Of a stretch of DNA of 32,000 nucleotides, positions 10,028-18,336 are shown in pieces; position 1 is the first letter of the stretch, and every line of letters starts with the position of its first letter. The DNA is taken from contig NC_007494.2 in the NCBI RefSeq assembly GCF_000012905.2, positions 300,001-332,000 of the forward strand, in the 5' to 3' direction. Below the pieces are notes generated by a model, which searched no databases, had not been told where the DNA came from, and saw only the letters and a list, made by a program, of their open reading frames with translations. The DNA is from Cereibacter sphaeroides 2.4.1. GTDB taxonomy: Bacteria > Pseudomonadota > Alphaproteobacteria > Rhodobacterales > Rhodobacteraceae. A program made the translations under genes and the position numbers.

Positions 10028-10199
10028 GCTGGGGCCGCGCCGATCCGAAGGGCTCGAATGCCGATATGTGGGGCCCACGTTCGGCTCCCTGCGACCGTAA
10101 GGTCAAGCACAAAGACGCACGTCTCCTGCAGCGGTTGATTGCGCACAAGGTTTGCGCGACAGAAGGCATATCTGCAAGAATCTTAAGCGCGACTCCGGT

Positions 10200-11978
10200 T
10201 CACCGTGCGACAAGGTGACCCGCGCCCACATCGGTGAGCCGCACCCGCTCGGGCCCCGAGCCGACGGGATGGACCGGGCTCGGGATTTCGCCCGCCAGCC
10301 GGGGCGCGGGCGGGCGCTGATGCAGCGGATCGGGCACCGGCACCGCCTCGATCAGCCGCCGGGTGTAGGGATGCTGCGGGTTGCCGAAGACCTGATCGCG
10401 GGTGCCCATCTCGACGATCTGGCCGAGATACATCACCGCCACCCGGTCCGAGACATTCTCGACCACCGCCATGTCATGGCTGATGAACAGGAGCGCGATG
10501 CCGAACTCGCGCTTCAGTGCCGCGAGCAGATCGAGCACGCGCGCCTGCACCGAGACGTCGAGAGCCGAGACGGATTCGTCGGCGATGATGAGCTCGGGGC
10601 GCAGCGCGAGCGCCCGGGCGATGCAGATCCGCTGCCGCTGGCCGCCCGAGAATTCGTGCGGATAGCGCTCCATCTGCGCGGGGCTGAGGCCCACGCGGGT
10701 GAGCAGGTCGCCCACGCGGGCGCGGCGCTCCTCGGGCGTGCCGATGCCGTGGATCACCAGCGGCTCGGCGATCAGGTCTCCGATCCGCATCCGGGGATCG
10801 AGCGCCGCCATCGGATCCTGAAAGACGATCTGCACCCGTCGGCGCAGGGCCTTGCGCCCGGCCGCGTCGAGCGCTCCGAGCCTGTCGCCGCCGATCTCGA
10901 TCCGGCCTTCGTGCGGGACGAGGCCGACCATGGCCTTGGCGATGGTGGATTTTCCGCAGCCCGACTCGCCCACGAGCGCGAAGGTCTCGCCGCGGCGGAT
11001 GTCGAAGCTTACATGTTCGACGGCATGGACGCGCGCCTGTGTGCGCCCGAGCAGCCCGCCCTTCAGGTCGAAGCGCACCTGCAGGTCCGAAAGCCGCGCG
11101 ATGGGCTCGGCCTCCACCGGCGGGCGGCCCCGGCCCGCGCCCATGCGCGGCACGGCGGCCAGAAGCGCGCGGGTGTACTCGGCCCGCGGTTCGGTGAAGA
11201 TCTGCGTGGCCGGGCCTTCCTCGACCATGCGCCCGTCGCGCATCACGATCACCCGGTCGGCCATCTCGGCCACCACGCCCATGTCATGGGTGATGAGGAT
11301 GATCGCCGTGCCCAGCTCGCGCTGAAGGTCGCGCAGAAGGTCCAGCACCTCGCGCTGCACCGTCACGTCGAGCGCGGTGGTGGGTTCGTCGGCGATGAGC
11401 ACCTCGGGGCGGAGCGCCAGCGCCATGGCGATCATCACCCGCTGGCGCATGCCGCCCGAAAGTTCGTGCGGATACTGGTCGAGCCGCCGCTCGGGCTGCG
11501 AGAGGCGCACCGACCGCAGGGCCTCGAGCGCGCGGGCGCGGGCCTCGGCCTTCGAGACCGTCTCATGGGCGCGGATGGCCTCGGCGAGCTGCGTGCCGAT
11601 GGTCAGCACCGGGTTCAGCGAGGTCATCGGCTCCTGAAAGATCATCGCCACCCGGTCGCCGCGGATGGCGCGCATCCGTCCCTCGGGCAAGTCGGTGAGC
11701 TCGGTCCGGCCGAGCTTGACGCGCCCCCCGGTGATCCGCACCGCGGGCGGGGGCAGGAGGCCCATGATCGCAAGCGAGGTGATCGACTTGCCCGAACCGC
11801 TCTCGCCCGCGATGGCGAGCGTCTCGCCGCGGGCGAGCGTGAAGGAGAGGCCCGAGACCAGCGGGCGCAGGCCCGCTTCGGTGCGGACCGAAACCTCGAG
11901 CCCCTCCACGGTGAGCGCGGGCAGGGCCTCTGCGTCCGGGGCGGAGGCCGCCCCGGAAAGGAGTGCGGCGCCGCTCAT
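10200..11978 (-). CDS. Fused double-NBD ABC ATPase (DppD/DppF-like)
   Basis: 592 aa from ATG 11978. Walker A motifs GESGSGKS and GESGCGKS; signature motifs LSGGMRQR and FSGGQRQR. ATGA overlap with the amidase stop. Confidence 0.93.
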   Translation of the reverse strand: MSGAALLSGAASAPDAEALPALTVEGLEVSVRTEAGLRPLVSGLSFTLARGETLAIAGESGSGKSITSLAIMGLLPPPAVRITGGRVKLGRTELTDLPEGRMRAIRGDRVAMIFQEPMTSLNPVLTIGTQLAEAIRAHETVSKAEARARALEALRSVRLSQPERRLDQYPHELSGGMRQRVMIAMALALRPEVLIADEPTTALDVTVQREVLDLLRDLQRELGTAIILITHDMGVVAEMADRVIVMRDGRMVEEGPATQIFTEPRAEYTRALLAAVPRMGAGRGRPPVEAEPIARLSDLQVRFDLKGGLLGRTQARVHAVEHVSFDIRRGETFALVGESGCGKSTIAKAMVGLVPHEGRIEIGGDRLGALDAAGRKALRRRVQIVFQDPMAALDPRMRIGDLIAEPLVIHGIGTPEERRARVGDLLTRVGLSPAQMERYPHEFSGGQRQRICIARALALRPELIIADESVSALDVSVQARVLDLLAALKREFGIALLFISHDMAVVENVSDRVAVMYLGQIVEMGTRDQVFGNPQHPYTRRLIEAVPVPDPLHQRPPAPRLAGEIPSPVHPVGSGPERVRLTDVGAGHLVAR

Positions 11979-12934
11979 TCGAAGACGGCGCGCGGGAAGT
12001 AGAAGCTCACGACCCAGTTCGGCATGTCCACGATCTCGGAGATCCGCAGGTCGCCGCAGGTCGAGACCAGCATGTAGGCCTCGACCGGCGCCATGCCCCG
12101 CGTGGCGCAGAGATGGTCGATCATCGCCGAGACCGCATCGCGCGCCCCGCTCATCAGGTCGGGCCCGATGCCGGTGGTGACCTCGTAGCCCTTGGCGTCG
12201 AGGTGGCGCGTGACGGGCCCGGGCGTGGTGAAGCGCGGGGTCTTGAGGTTCGCGCCCTTCACCAGATCGAGCGTCAGGACCACATCCATCGGGCTTTCGA
12301 TGGCCGTGCCGCAGACCTCGCCGTCGCCCTGCGCCGCATGGGTGTCGCCCACGCTGAACAGCGCCCCGGCCACCTCGACCGGCAGGTAGAGCGTCGTTCC
12401 CGCCGCGAGGTCGCGGATGTCGAGGTTGCCGCCCACGCGCCGGGGCGGCACCACCGAATGCAGCCCCGGCTCGGCCAGCGCATTGCCGATGGTGCCCGCG
12501 AAGGGCTTGAGCGGCACGCGCCCCTCCTTGCCCCAGAGCGCGGGCGCGAGGCTCTCGGCATCGTATTTCCAGATATGGAGCGCGGCTTCGGTGAACTGGT
12601 CGGCCAGGAGGCCGAACCCCGGGATGTTGGCCGTCCAGCCCCAGCCCGTGCCCTCGCGCACCTGCGGGGTGAAGCTCTCGATCGTGACCTTCAGCGCGTC
12701 GCCCGGCTCGGCCCCCTCGACATGGATCGGGCCCGAGACCGGGTTGATCCGGCCGAAATCGAGCGCCACCACGTCGGCCAGCACGGACGAGGGTCCGAGC
12801 TGGCCTGCCGAGGAATCCTGGCAGTGGAAGAGGATGGTCGAGCCGGGCTCCACACGCTCGGCCGGGGGGAGCGAATTGTCCCAGCCGAAGTGATGCTGCG
12901 CGCCGTGGATCGTGTAATTGCAGGCCTTGCACAT
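11975..12934 (-). CDS. Acetamidase/formamidase (FmdA/AmdA) family amidase, short 319-aa form
   Basis: From ATG 12934. The HFGWDNSLPP...GSTILFHCQD...NPVSGPIHVEGAEPGD...WGWTANIPGFG...GGNLDIRDL...LFSVGDTHAAQGDGEVCGTAIE pattern matches this family as I remember it. Confidence 0.85.
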   Translation of the reverse strand: MCKACNYTIHGAQHHFGWDNSLPPAERVEPGSTILFHCQDSSAGQLGPSSVLADVVALDFGRINPVSGPIHVEGAEPGDALKVTIESFTPQVREGTGWGWTANIPGFGLLADQFTEAALHIWKYDAESLAPALWGKEGRVPLKPFAGTIGNALAEPGLHSVVPPRRVGGNLDIRDLAAGTTLYLPVEVAGALFSVGDTHAAQGDGEVCGTAIESPMDVVLTLDLVKGANLKTPRFTTPGPVTRHLDAKGYEVTTGIGPDLMSGARDAVSAMIDHLCATRGMAPVEAYMLVSTCGDLRISEIVDMPNWVVSFYFPRAVFE

Positions 12935-12939
12935 GGGTC

Positions 12940-14562
12940 TTACTCGGTCACGAAGACATAGTCGTAGTTGACGGGGATCGAGACGGGATCGACATAGAGG
13001 CTGTCGTCGCCGCCCATGCGCGCGGATTTCATCGTGTAGCGCTGTTCGTTGAAGACGGGCACCCACGGGGCCTTCTCCATCACGCCCATATAGACGTCGG
13101 ACCAGAGCTTCAGCCGCTCCTCGGCGCGGGCCGGATCGGCGAGGCTGTCGGCCTCGGTGGCCTTGGCGTCGAGCGCCTCGTCGCAAAATTTCGACCAGTT
13201 CCAGCCGCCGTCAGCCGCGCCCGCGCAGCCCAGGATCGGGCCGTAGAAGTTGGACGGATCGGGGAAATCCGCGATCCAGGCCATGCCGCCCGACCAGATC
13301 ATCGGCGCCGAGCCATTGCCGCCGGCCTCGATCACATTGGCCTGCGCGAGGCTCTGGATCGCGGCCTTGATGCCGATCTGCGACAGATCCTGCTGGATCG
13401 CCTGCGCGATGCGTGGGTTCGGGTCGGTGTTCATCACATAGAGCTCGGTCTCGAACCCGTCGGCGAAGCCCGCCTGGGCGAGCAGCGCCTTGGCCTTCTC
13501 GACATCGTGCGGATAGCCCTCGTAGCCTTCGGTATAGCCCGGCATCGAGGGCGGCAGCGGCTGGGTCGCGGGGATCGCGCGGCCGTTGATGATCTGGGTG
13601 ATCCGCTGCTTGTTGATCGCCATGTTGACGGCCTGACGGACCTGCAGATTGTCGAAGGGCGGCTGGGTCACGTTCATCGTGATGTAGCCCGTGTGCAGCT
13701 GCCCGCCCTCGACCACGCGCTCGGCCTGCGCCGGATCGGCCATCACTTCGGTGAATTTCGCAGGCGGAATGCCGTCGCCGGGCACGTCCACCTCGCCGTT
13801 CTGCAGCCGCAGCAGCGCCACGATCGGCTCCTGTCCCACCTCGAAGACGATGCTGTCGAGATAGGGCACGCCCTCGCGCCAGTAGTCGGCGTTCTTCTCG
13901 AAGACGAGACGCTGGCCCAGCGTCCATTCGGCGAGCTTGAAGGCCCCGGTGCCGACCGGCTGCTTGCCGAAGTCCGCGCCCGCCGCCTCGACGGCTTCCT
14001 TCGGCACCACCGAGGCGAAGTTCAGCGCCATCACATGCAGGAAGGTGGCGTCGGGACGCGAGAGCTCGATCCTGACGGTCGAGGGATCGACCACCGTCAC
14101 GCCCTCGAGCGTGCTGGCCGAGCCGTCGGCCATCGCATCGAAGCCCTTGATCGAGCCGAAGAAGCCTGCGCCCGGCGACTGGGTCGCAGGCAGGGTCACG
14201 CGGTCGAGCGAATATTTCACATCCTCGGCCGTCATCTCGCGGCCGTTGTGGAATTTCACGCCCGGGCGCAGCTTGAACGTATAGGTGAGCCCGTCCTCCG
14301 AGATCTCGTAGCTCTCGGCGAGGCCGGGGCGCAGCTCGGTCGTGCCGGGGACGTAATCCATCAGCCCGTCGAAGATCGATTTGATCATCGACCAGTTCTG
14401 CCAGTCGTAGCCGATGGCCGGATCGAGCGTCGCCACATCGTCCTTGTAGGTGATGGTGATCGTGCCGCCGGGCTTCGCATTCGGGTCGGGCGTATAGTCC
14501 TGGGCTGCGGCGGGCAGGGCGAGCGCCAGCATCACGGCGGTGGAGGCGAGCAGTCTGTTCAT
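12940..14562 (-). CDS. ABC transporter substrate-binding protein, family 5 (peptide/nickel type)
   Basis: 540 aa. Signal peptide MNRLLASTAVMLALALPAAAQ. Family-5 hallmarks (LDPAIGYDWQNWSMIKSIFDGLMDY...LAESYEISEDGLTYTFKLR). AGGAGAG SD. Confidence 0.92.
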   Translation of the reverse strand: MNRLLASTAVMLALALPAAAQDYTPDPNAKPGGTITITYKDDVATLDPAIGYDWQNWSMIKSIFDGLMDYVPGTTELRPGLAESYEISEDGLTYTFKLRPGVKFHNGREMTAEDVKYSLDRVTLPATQSPGAGFFGSIKGFDAMADGSASTLEGVTVVDPSTVRIELSRPDATFLHVMALNFASVVPKEAVEAAGADFGKQPVGTGAFKLAEWTLGQRLVFEKNADYWREGVPYLDSIVFEVGQEPIVALLRLQNGEVDVPGDGIPPAKFTEVMADPAQAERVVEGGQLHTGYITMNVTQPPFDNLQVRQAVNMAINKQRITQIINGRAIPATQPLPPSMPGYTEGYEGYPHDVEKAKALLAQAGFADGFETELYVMNTDPNPRIAQAIQQDLSQIGIKAAIQSLAQANVIEAGGNGSAPMIWSGGMAWIADFPDPSNFYGPILGCAGAADGGWNWSKFCDEALDAKATEADSLADPARAEERLKLWSDVYMGVMEKAPWVPVFNEQRYTMKSARMGGDDSLYVDPVSIPVNYDYVFVTE

Positions 14563-14583
14563 GGGTCTCTCCTGTCGGTCCTG

Positions 14584-15504
14584 TTATTTCAGCTTGATGC
14601 GGGGGTCGATGAAGGGCGTCACGAGATCGGCCAGAAGGTTGCCCAGCACGATGGCGCAGGCCGAGACCATGGTGACGCCCATGATGATCGGGATGTCGAT
14701 GCGCTGGATGGCCTGCCAGGCCAGCTGGCCGATGCCGGGCCAGCCGAACACGCTTTCCACAACGACGATGCCGCCCATGAAGATGCCGATGTCGATGCCG
14801 ATCATGGCCACGATGGGCAGGATCGCGTTCGGCAGCGCGTGGCGCAGGATCACGCGGCCGCGCGTGAGGCCCTTGGCGCGGGCGGTGCGGATATAGTCCT
14901 GACGCAGCACGTCGATCATGCTCGAGCGCATCATCCGGCTGTACCAGCCCGAGCCGAGGATCCCGAGCGTGACGGCGGGCAGCACAAGATGCGAGAGCGT
15001 GCCGTAGCCGCCGATGGGGAACCAGCCGAGCTTGACCGCGAAGACATAGAGGAGGAGCAGGCTCACCACGAACTGCGGTGCCGAGACCGCGACGAAGGAG
15101 ACGATCATCAGCCCCTGATCGAGCGCCCGTCCGCGCCGGAGGGCTGCGACGATGCCCATGGTCAGGCCCAGCACCAGCTCGCACAGGATCGCGCCGCCCA
15201 TCAGTTGCAGGGTGGCGGGCAGGCGCGCCGCGATCAGCGTCGCCACATCGGTCTTCTGCAGGTAGCTGCGCCCGAAATCGCCCTGCATGAGCCCCCAGAG
15301 ATAGCGACCGTACTGCACGAGGAAGGGCTGGTCGAGACCGAGCTGGCGGCGGATGTTCTCGACCACCTGCGGCGTGGCCGAGCGGCCCGCGATCTGGCGC
15401 ACCGGATCGGCCGGCAGCACATAGAGCAGGATGAAGGTGACGAGCGAGACGCCGAGCAGGATCAGGGCCGACTGGAACAGGCGGCGAAGGAGATAGGCGG
15501 GCAT
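14584..15504 (-). CDS. ABC permease, DppB/OppB-like
   Basis: 306 aa. MPAYLLRRLFQSALILLGVSLVTFILLYVLPADP. Its ATG shares one base with the upstream TGA (TGATG). Confidence 0.9.
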   Translation of the reverse strand: MPAYLLRRLFQSALILLGVSLVTFILLYVLPADPVRQIAGRSATPQVVENIRRQLGLDQPFLVQYGRYLWGLMQGDFGRSYLQKTDVATLIAARLPATLQLMGGAILCELVLGLTMGIVAALRRGRALDQGLMIVSFVAVSAPQFVVSLLLLYVFAVKLGWFPIGGYGTLSHLVLPAVTLGILGSGWYSRMMRSSMIDVLRQDYIRTARAKGLTRGRVILRHALPNAILPIVAMIGIDIGIFMGGIVVVESVFGWPGIGQLAWQAIQRIDIPIIMGVTMVSACAIVLGNLLADLVTPFIDPRIKLK

Positions 15505-16391
15505 CAGTCCCTCCCGCGCTGGGTCGGGTCGAGCACGTCGCGCAGCGCGTCTCCGACGAGGTTGAAGGCGAGCGCCAGAAGAAGGATGGCCGCGCCCGGA
15601 ATGAAGACGAGCCAGGGCGCCGACTGGAAGTAGGTCTGGTTCTCGAAGATGATGTTGCCCCAGCTGGGCGTCGGCGGCTGCACCCCCACGCCGAGGTAGG
15701 AGAGCGTGGCCTCGAGCAGCACCGTCGTCGAGATGCCGAGCGTGCCCCAGACGATGATGGTGGGCAGAAGGTGGGGCAGGATGTGGCGGAAGAGGATCCG
15801 CGCCGTGCCCGCGCCCAGGGTTCGTTCGGCCGCGATGAACTCGCGTTCGGACAGGGCCGAGGTCTCGGTGAAGATCACCCGCGCGGTCTGCACCCAGTTC
15901 ACGAAGGCGATCACCATGGCCACGATCCAGAGCGAGGGCTGGAAGATCGCGGCAAGGCAGATCGCCAGCAGAAGCGCCGGGAAGGCCATCATCAGGTCGG
16001 TGAAGCGCATGAGCACCGCGCCGATCCAGCCGCGGAAATAGCCCGCCGTCAGGCCCACGAGCGTGCCGATCACAAGCGCAAGCCCGTTCGCGGCCACCCC
16101 GATGATGAGCGAGGTGCGCGCCCCCCAGAGGATGCGCGAGAAGAGGTCGCGGCCCAGCAGGTCGGTCCCCAAAAGGAAGGCGCCTCCGGGCGGCAGCGGC
16201 GCGCCCTCGATGGTCAGCCCGTCGAAATGCTGCTCGCTCGGGTCGAAGGGCGCGACGAGGGGCGCGAGGACGGCGCCGCCCACCACGAGGAGGATCAGGA
16301 ACAGGCCGAAGAGCGCCAGCGGCCGCTCGGCCAGCCGGCGCAGCGCGCCCTTGGCGCGGATGGGGCGCTCAGCCGCGGTCGCGTCGGTCAT
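15504..16391 (-). CDS. ABC permease, DppC/OppC-like
   Basis: 295 aa. APLVAPFDP motif and multiple TM segments. Strong SD (GGGAGGA, 16396-16402) 4 nt before ATG 16391, embedded in the 3' end of amiR. Confidence 0.9.
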   Translation of the reverse strand: MTDATAAERPIRAKGALRRLAERPLALFGLFLILLVVGGAVLAPLVAPFDPSEQHFDGLTIEGAPLPPGGAFLLGTDLLGRDLFSRILWGARTSLIIGVAANGLALVIGTLVGLTAGYFRGWIGAVLMRFTDLMMAFPALLLAICLAAIFQPSLWIVAMVIAFVNWVQTARVIFTETSALSEREFIAAERTLGAGTARILFRHILPHLLPTIIVWGTLGISTTVLLEATLSYLGVGVQPPTPSWGNIIFENQTYFQSAPWLVFIPGAAILLLALAFNLVGDALRDVLDPTQRGRD

Positions 16392-16968
16392 CCGGTCCTC
16401 CCTGGCTCGCGACGATGCGGTGCGCGGCCTCCTCGATACTCACCCGCCAGGCCATCGCCATCTGGCGGAGCTGGCCGTAGGCGGCGCTCTCGTCCCTGGC
16501 CCGTTGCGCCAGCAGCGTCACCGCCTGCACGACGGTCTGACGCTGATCGAGCCGCCGCCTCAGGTCCGCGATCTCGGCCGACAGCGCGCGGTGCGCGTCG
16601 AAGGCCGCCCGCGCGATCAGCAGCGCCGAATAGGCGCCGCTGTCGCCGATGGGCTTCAGAAGCTGGGCATGGGCGCCGGCCTGCAGGCTCCATTCGATGC
16701 GCCCCGGGGCCTCCGACCCGATCAGCGCGATCATGGGCATCGGGCTTTCGCCGGGTTTCCACGGAAACTGAGCATCGTGCCCCATGTCCGCGTCGAAGAA
16801 GATGAAATCGGCCGAGATCGCCTGCGGCTCGAGGTCCGGCCAGCAGTCTCCGACCTCGAGGCCGATGGCGTGAAGCTGGCGGGTCAGCGCCTGAACGACC
16901 GGGTGCGGCCGGTGCAGGATCACCGCCCGCGCGCCGCCGAGATTCTGGTGCCGGACGCCGCGCTTCAT
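16369..16968 (-). CDS. amiR: AmiR-like response-regulator-fold ANTAR RNA-binding antiterminator
   Basis: 199 aa from ATG 16968 (ATGA overlap with amiC). It has a pseudo-receiver N-half, a coiled linker (SAEIADLRRRLDQRQTV) and a C-terminal ANTAR-like helix bundle (VQAVTLLAQRARDESAAYGQLRQMAMAWRVSIEEAAHRIV). Length and layout match P. aeruginosa AmiR. Confidence 0.85.
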   Translation of the reverse strand: MKRGVRHQNLGGARAVILHRPHPVVQALTRQLHAIGLEVGDCWPDLEPQAISADFIFFDADMGHDAQFPWKPGESPMPMIALIGSEAPGRIEWSLQAGAHAQLLKPIGDSGAYSALLIARAAFDAHRALSAEIADLRRRLDQRQTVVQAVTLLAQRARDESAAYGQLRQMAMAWRVSIEEAAHRIVASQGGPDDRRDRG

Positions 16969-18026
16969 GACACGATCCGCAGCGTGGCCGGGCGTGCGGG
17001 CGCGGGATGGGTCAGGTAGGGATCCCCGGGACGTGCGGGCAGGCGCTCGCGCACCGTGAACCGGCCGCCCGAGACCTGTGAGATCAGGACCGGCAGCGCG
17101 GTGTGATGCGTCTGCGGATCGACGATGCCCGGAGGGGACCCTGCGAGCAGCTGCGAAAGCGGAAGCCGCTCGGCGCCCGGACGGCCGGAGAGCAGGCGTG
17201 CAAGCTCCATCACCGCTGCATGGGCCGCCGCCTCGTGCGACGAGCCGAACCGGCCCTCGCCGCGGAAGTAGGGTCCGGCGGCGATCAGCCCCTCGGCCGC
17301 ATCCCCCAGCGCGGGCAGCTCGCATTCGGTGAGGTTGCAGGACATCACCGGGCAGCGGTCCGGACGGAAGCGGGCATCCTCGCGCCCCAGCGCCTGATAG
17401 GCCTTGAGGAAGGCATAGGAGGAGGGGCCGATCAGCGAATTCAGGATGAAATCCGGCGCGGTCGCGCGGATCTCCTCGATCATCCGGTCGATCTCGAGCG
17501 ATCCGATGGGCAGGTAGCGTTCGCCCAGAACCTTGCCGCCCGCTGCCCCGATCCGCTCGCGCGCCAGCCGGTTCATCTCCCAGCCCCAGATGTAGTTCGA
17601 CCCCGTCAGGTAGGCGCGGCGGCCGAAGGCCGGAAAGGCCCAGTCGAGCAGCGGCAGCAGGTGCTGGTTCGGGCAGGCATGGGTATAGACCACATGGTCC
17701 GAGGCTTCGAAGCCCTCGTAGGGCACCGCATACCAGAGCGTCCCACGCGCCTTCTCCAGCGTCGGGATCACCTCCTTGCGGCTCCAGGAGGTGACGCAGC
17801 CCACGACGTGACGCAGCCCCTCATGGGCCAGAAGTTCTTCGCACAGAGGGGCATAGAAGTCGATGTTGCCACCGGGATCGCGCTCGACCGGCACCAGCTC
17901 CAGATCGAAGGGCCCGGCATTCACCTCGGCCACGGCGGCCAGCGCCCCGGTGCGGCAGGCGTCCGAGATCAGCGCGTAGCTGCCCGAGCGGGAGTAGAGA
18001 AGTCCAAGGTCGATGCGTCGCTTCAT
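16965..18026 (-). CDS. amiC: AmiC-like cytoplasmic amide-binding sensor (type I periplasmic-binding-protein fold, no signal peptide)
   Basis: 353 aa. Blocks LGLLYSRSG, VGCVTSWSRKEVIPTLE, YAVPYEGFEASDHVVY, CPNQ, GSNYIWGWEMN and a C-terminal GDPYL align by eye with P. aeruginosa AmiC. Confidence 0.88.
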   Translation of the reverse strand: MKRRIDLGLLYSRSGSYALISDACRTGALAAVAEVNAGPFDLELVPVERDPGGNIDFYAPLCEELLAHEGLRHVVGCVTSWSRKEVIPTLEKARGTLWYAVPYEGFEASDHVVYTHACPNQHLLPLLDWAFPAFGRRAYLTGSNYIWGWEMNRLARERIGAAGGKVLGERYLPIGSLEIDRMIEEIRATAPDFILNSLIGPSSYAFLKAYQALGREDARFRPDRCPVMSCNLTECELPALGDAAEGLIAAGPYFRGEGRFGSSHEAAAHAAVMELARLLSGRPGAERLPLSQLLAGSPPGIVDPQTHHTALPVLISQVSGGRFTVRERLPARPGDPYLTHPAPARPATLRIVS

Positions 18027-18040
18027 GGGTTCCAGAACGC

Positions 18041-18080
18041 AAAAGCCCCGCTCCAGAGGGGGACCAACTGGATACGGGGC
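18041..18080 (-). promoter_or_regulatory. Terminator-like stem-loop plus U-tract in the amiC leader (candidate attenuator)
   Basis: Minus strand: GCCCCG-tat-CCAG-ttggtccccct-CTGG-ag-CGGGGC followed by TTTTGCGTT. The U-tract ends 14 nt before the amiC ATG. The orientation only makes sense for the minus strand. Confidence 0.45.
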
Positions 18081-18336
18081 GCGAATGCCGGTCCGGGACG
18101 AGCCCGGTATATGGGTTCCATCCTTGGCCCGAAGTCCGGGGGGGCGTCAAGGACTCCCACATGGGCGATGCAGGGTTTTGCGGGCAACATGGCGCAATTT
18201 ACGTCAATCCGTCAGGGCTGCTGCGCATCTTTTGTGCGCCGCGGGAAGATCCGGCAGTCGAACCTGTCGTGAGCACCGGGTCCATGGCATCCGGGACAGA
18301 GATCGACAAACGGCCCGGAAACGGCTAGATGCAAAG

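Noticed and set aside
18081-18330. I searched the amiC leader for the canonical ANTAR target, two tandem hairpins with hexaloops carrying A at position 1 and G at position 4.
   Set aside because: I found only 5-nt or 7-nt loops (CCGGG-CTCGT-CCCGG and GCGCA-CAAAAGA-TGCGC) and a 3-bp GGC-ATTCGC-GCC. None of them fits, so the attenuator is reported without a claimed ANTAR motif.
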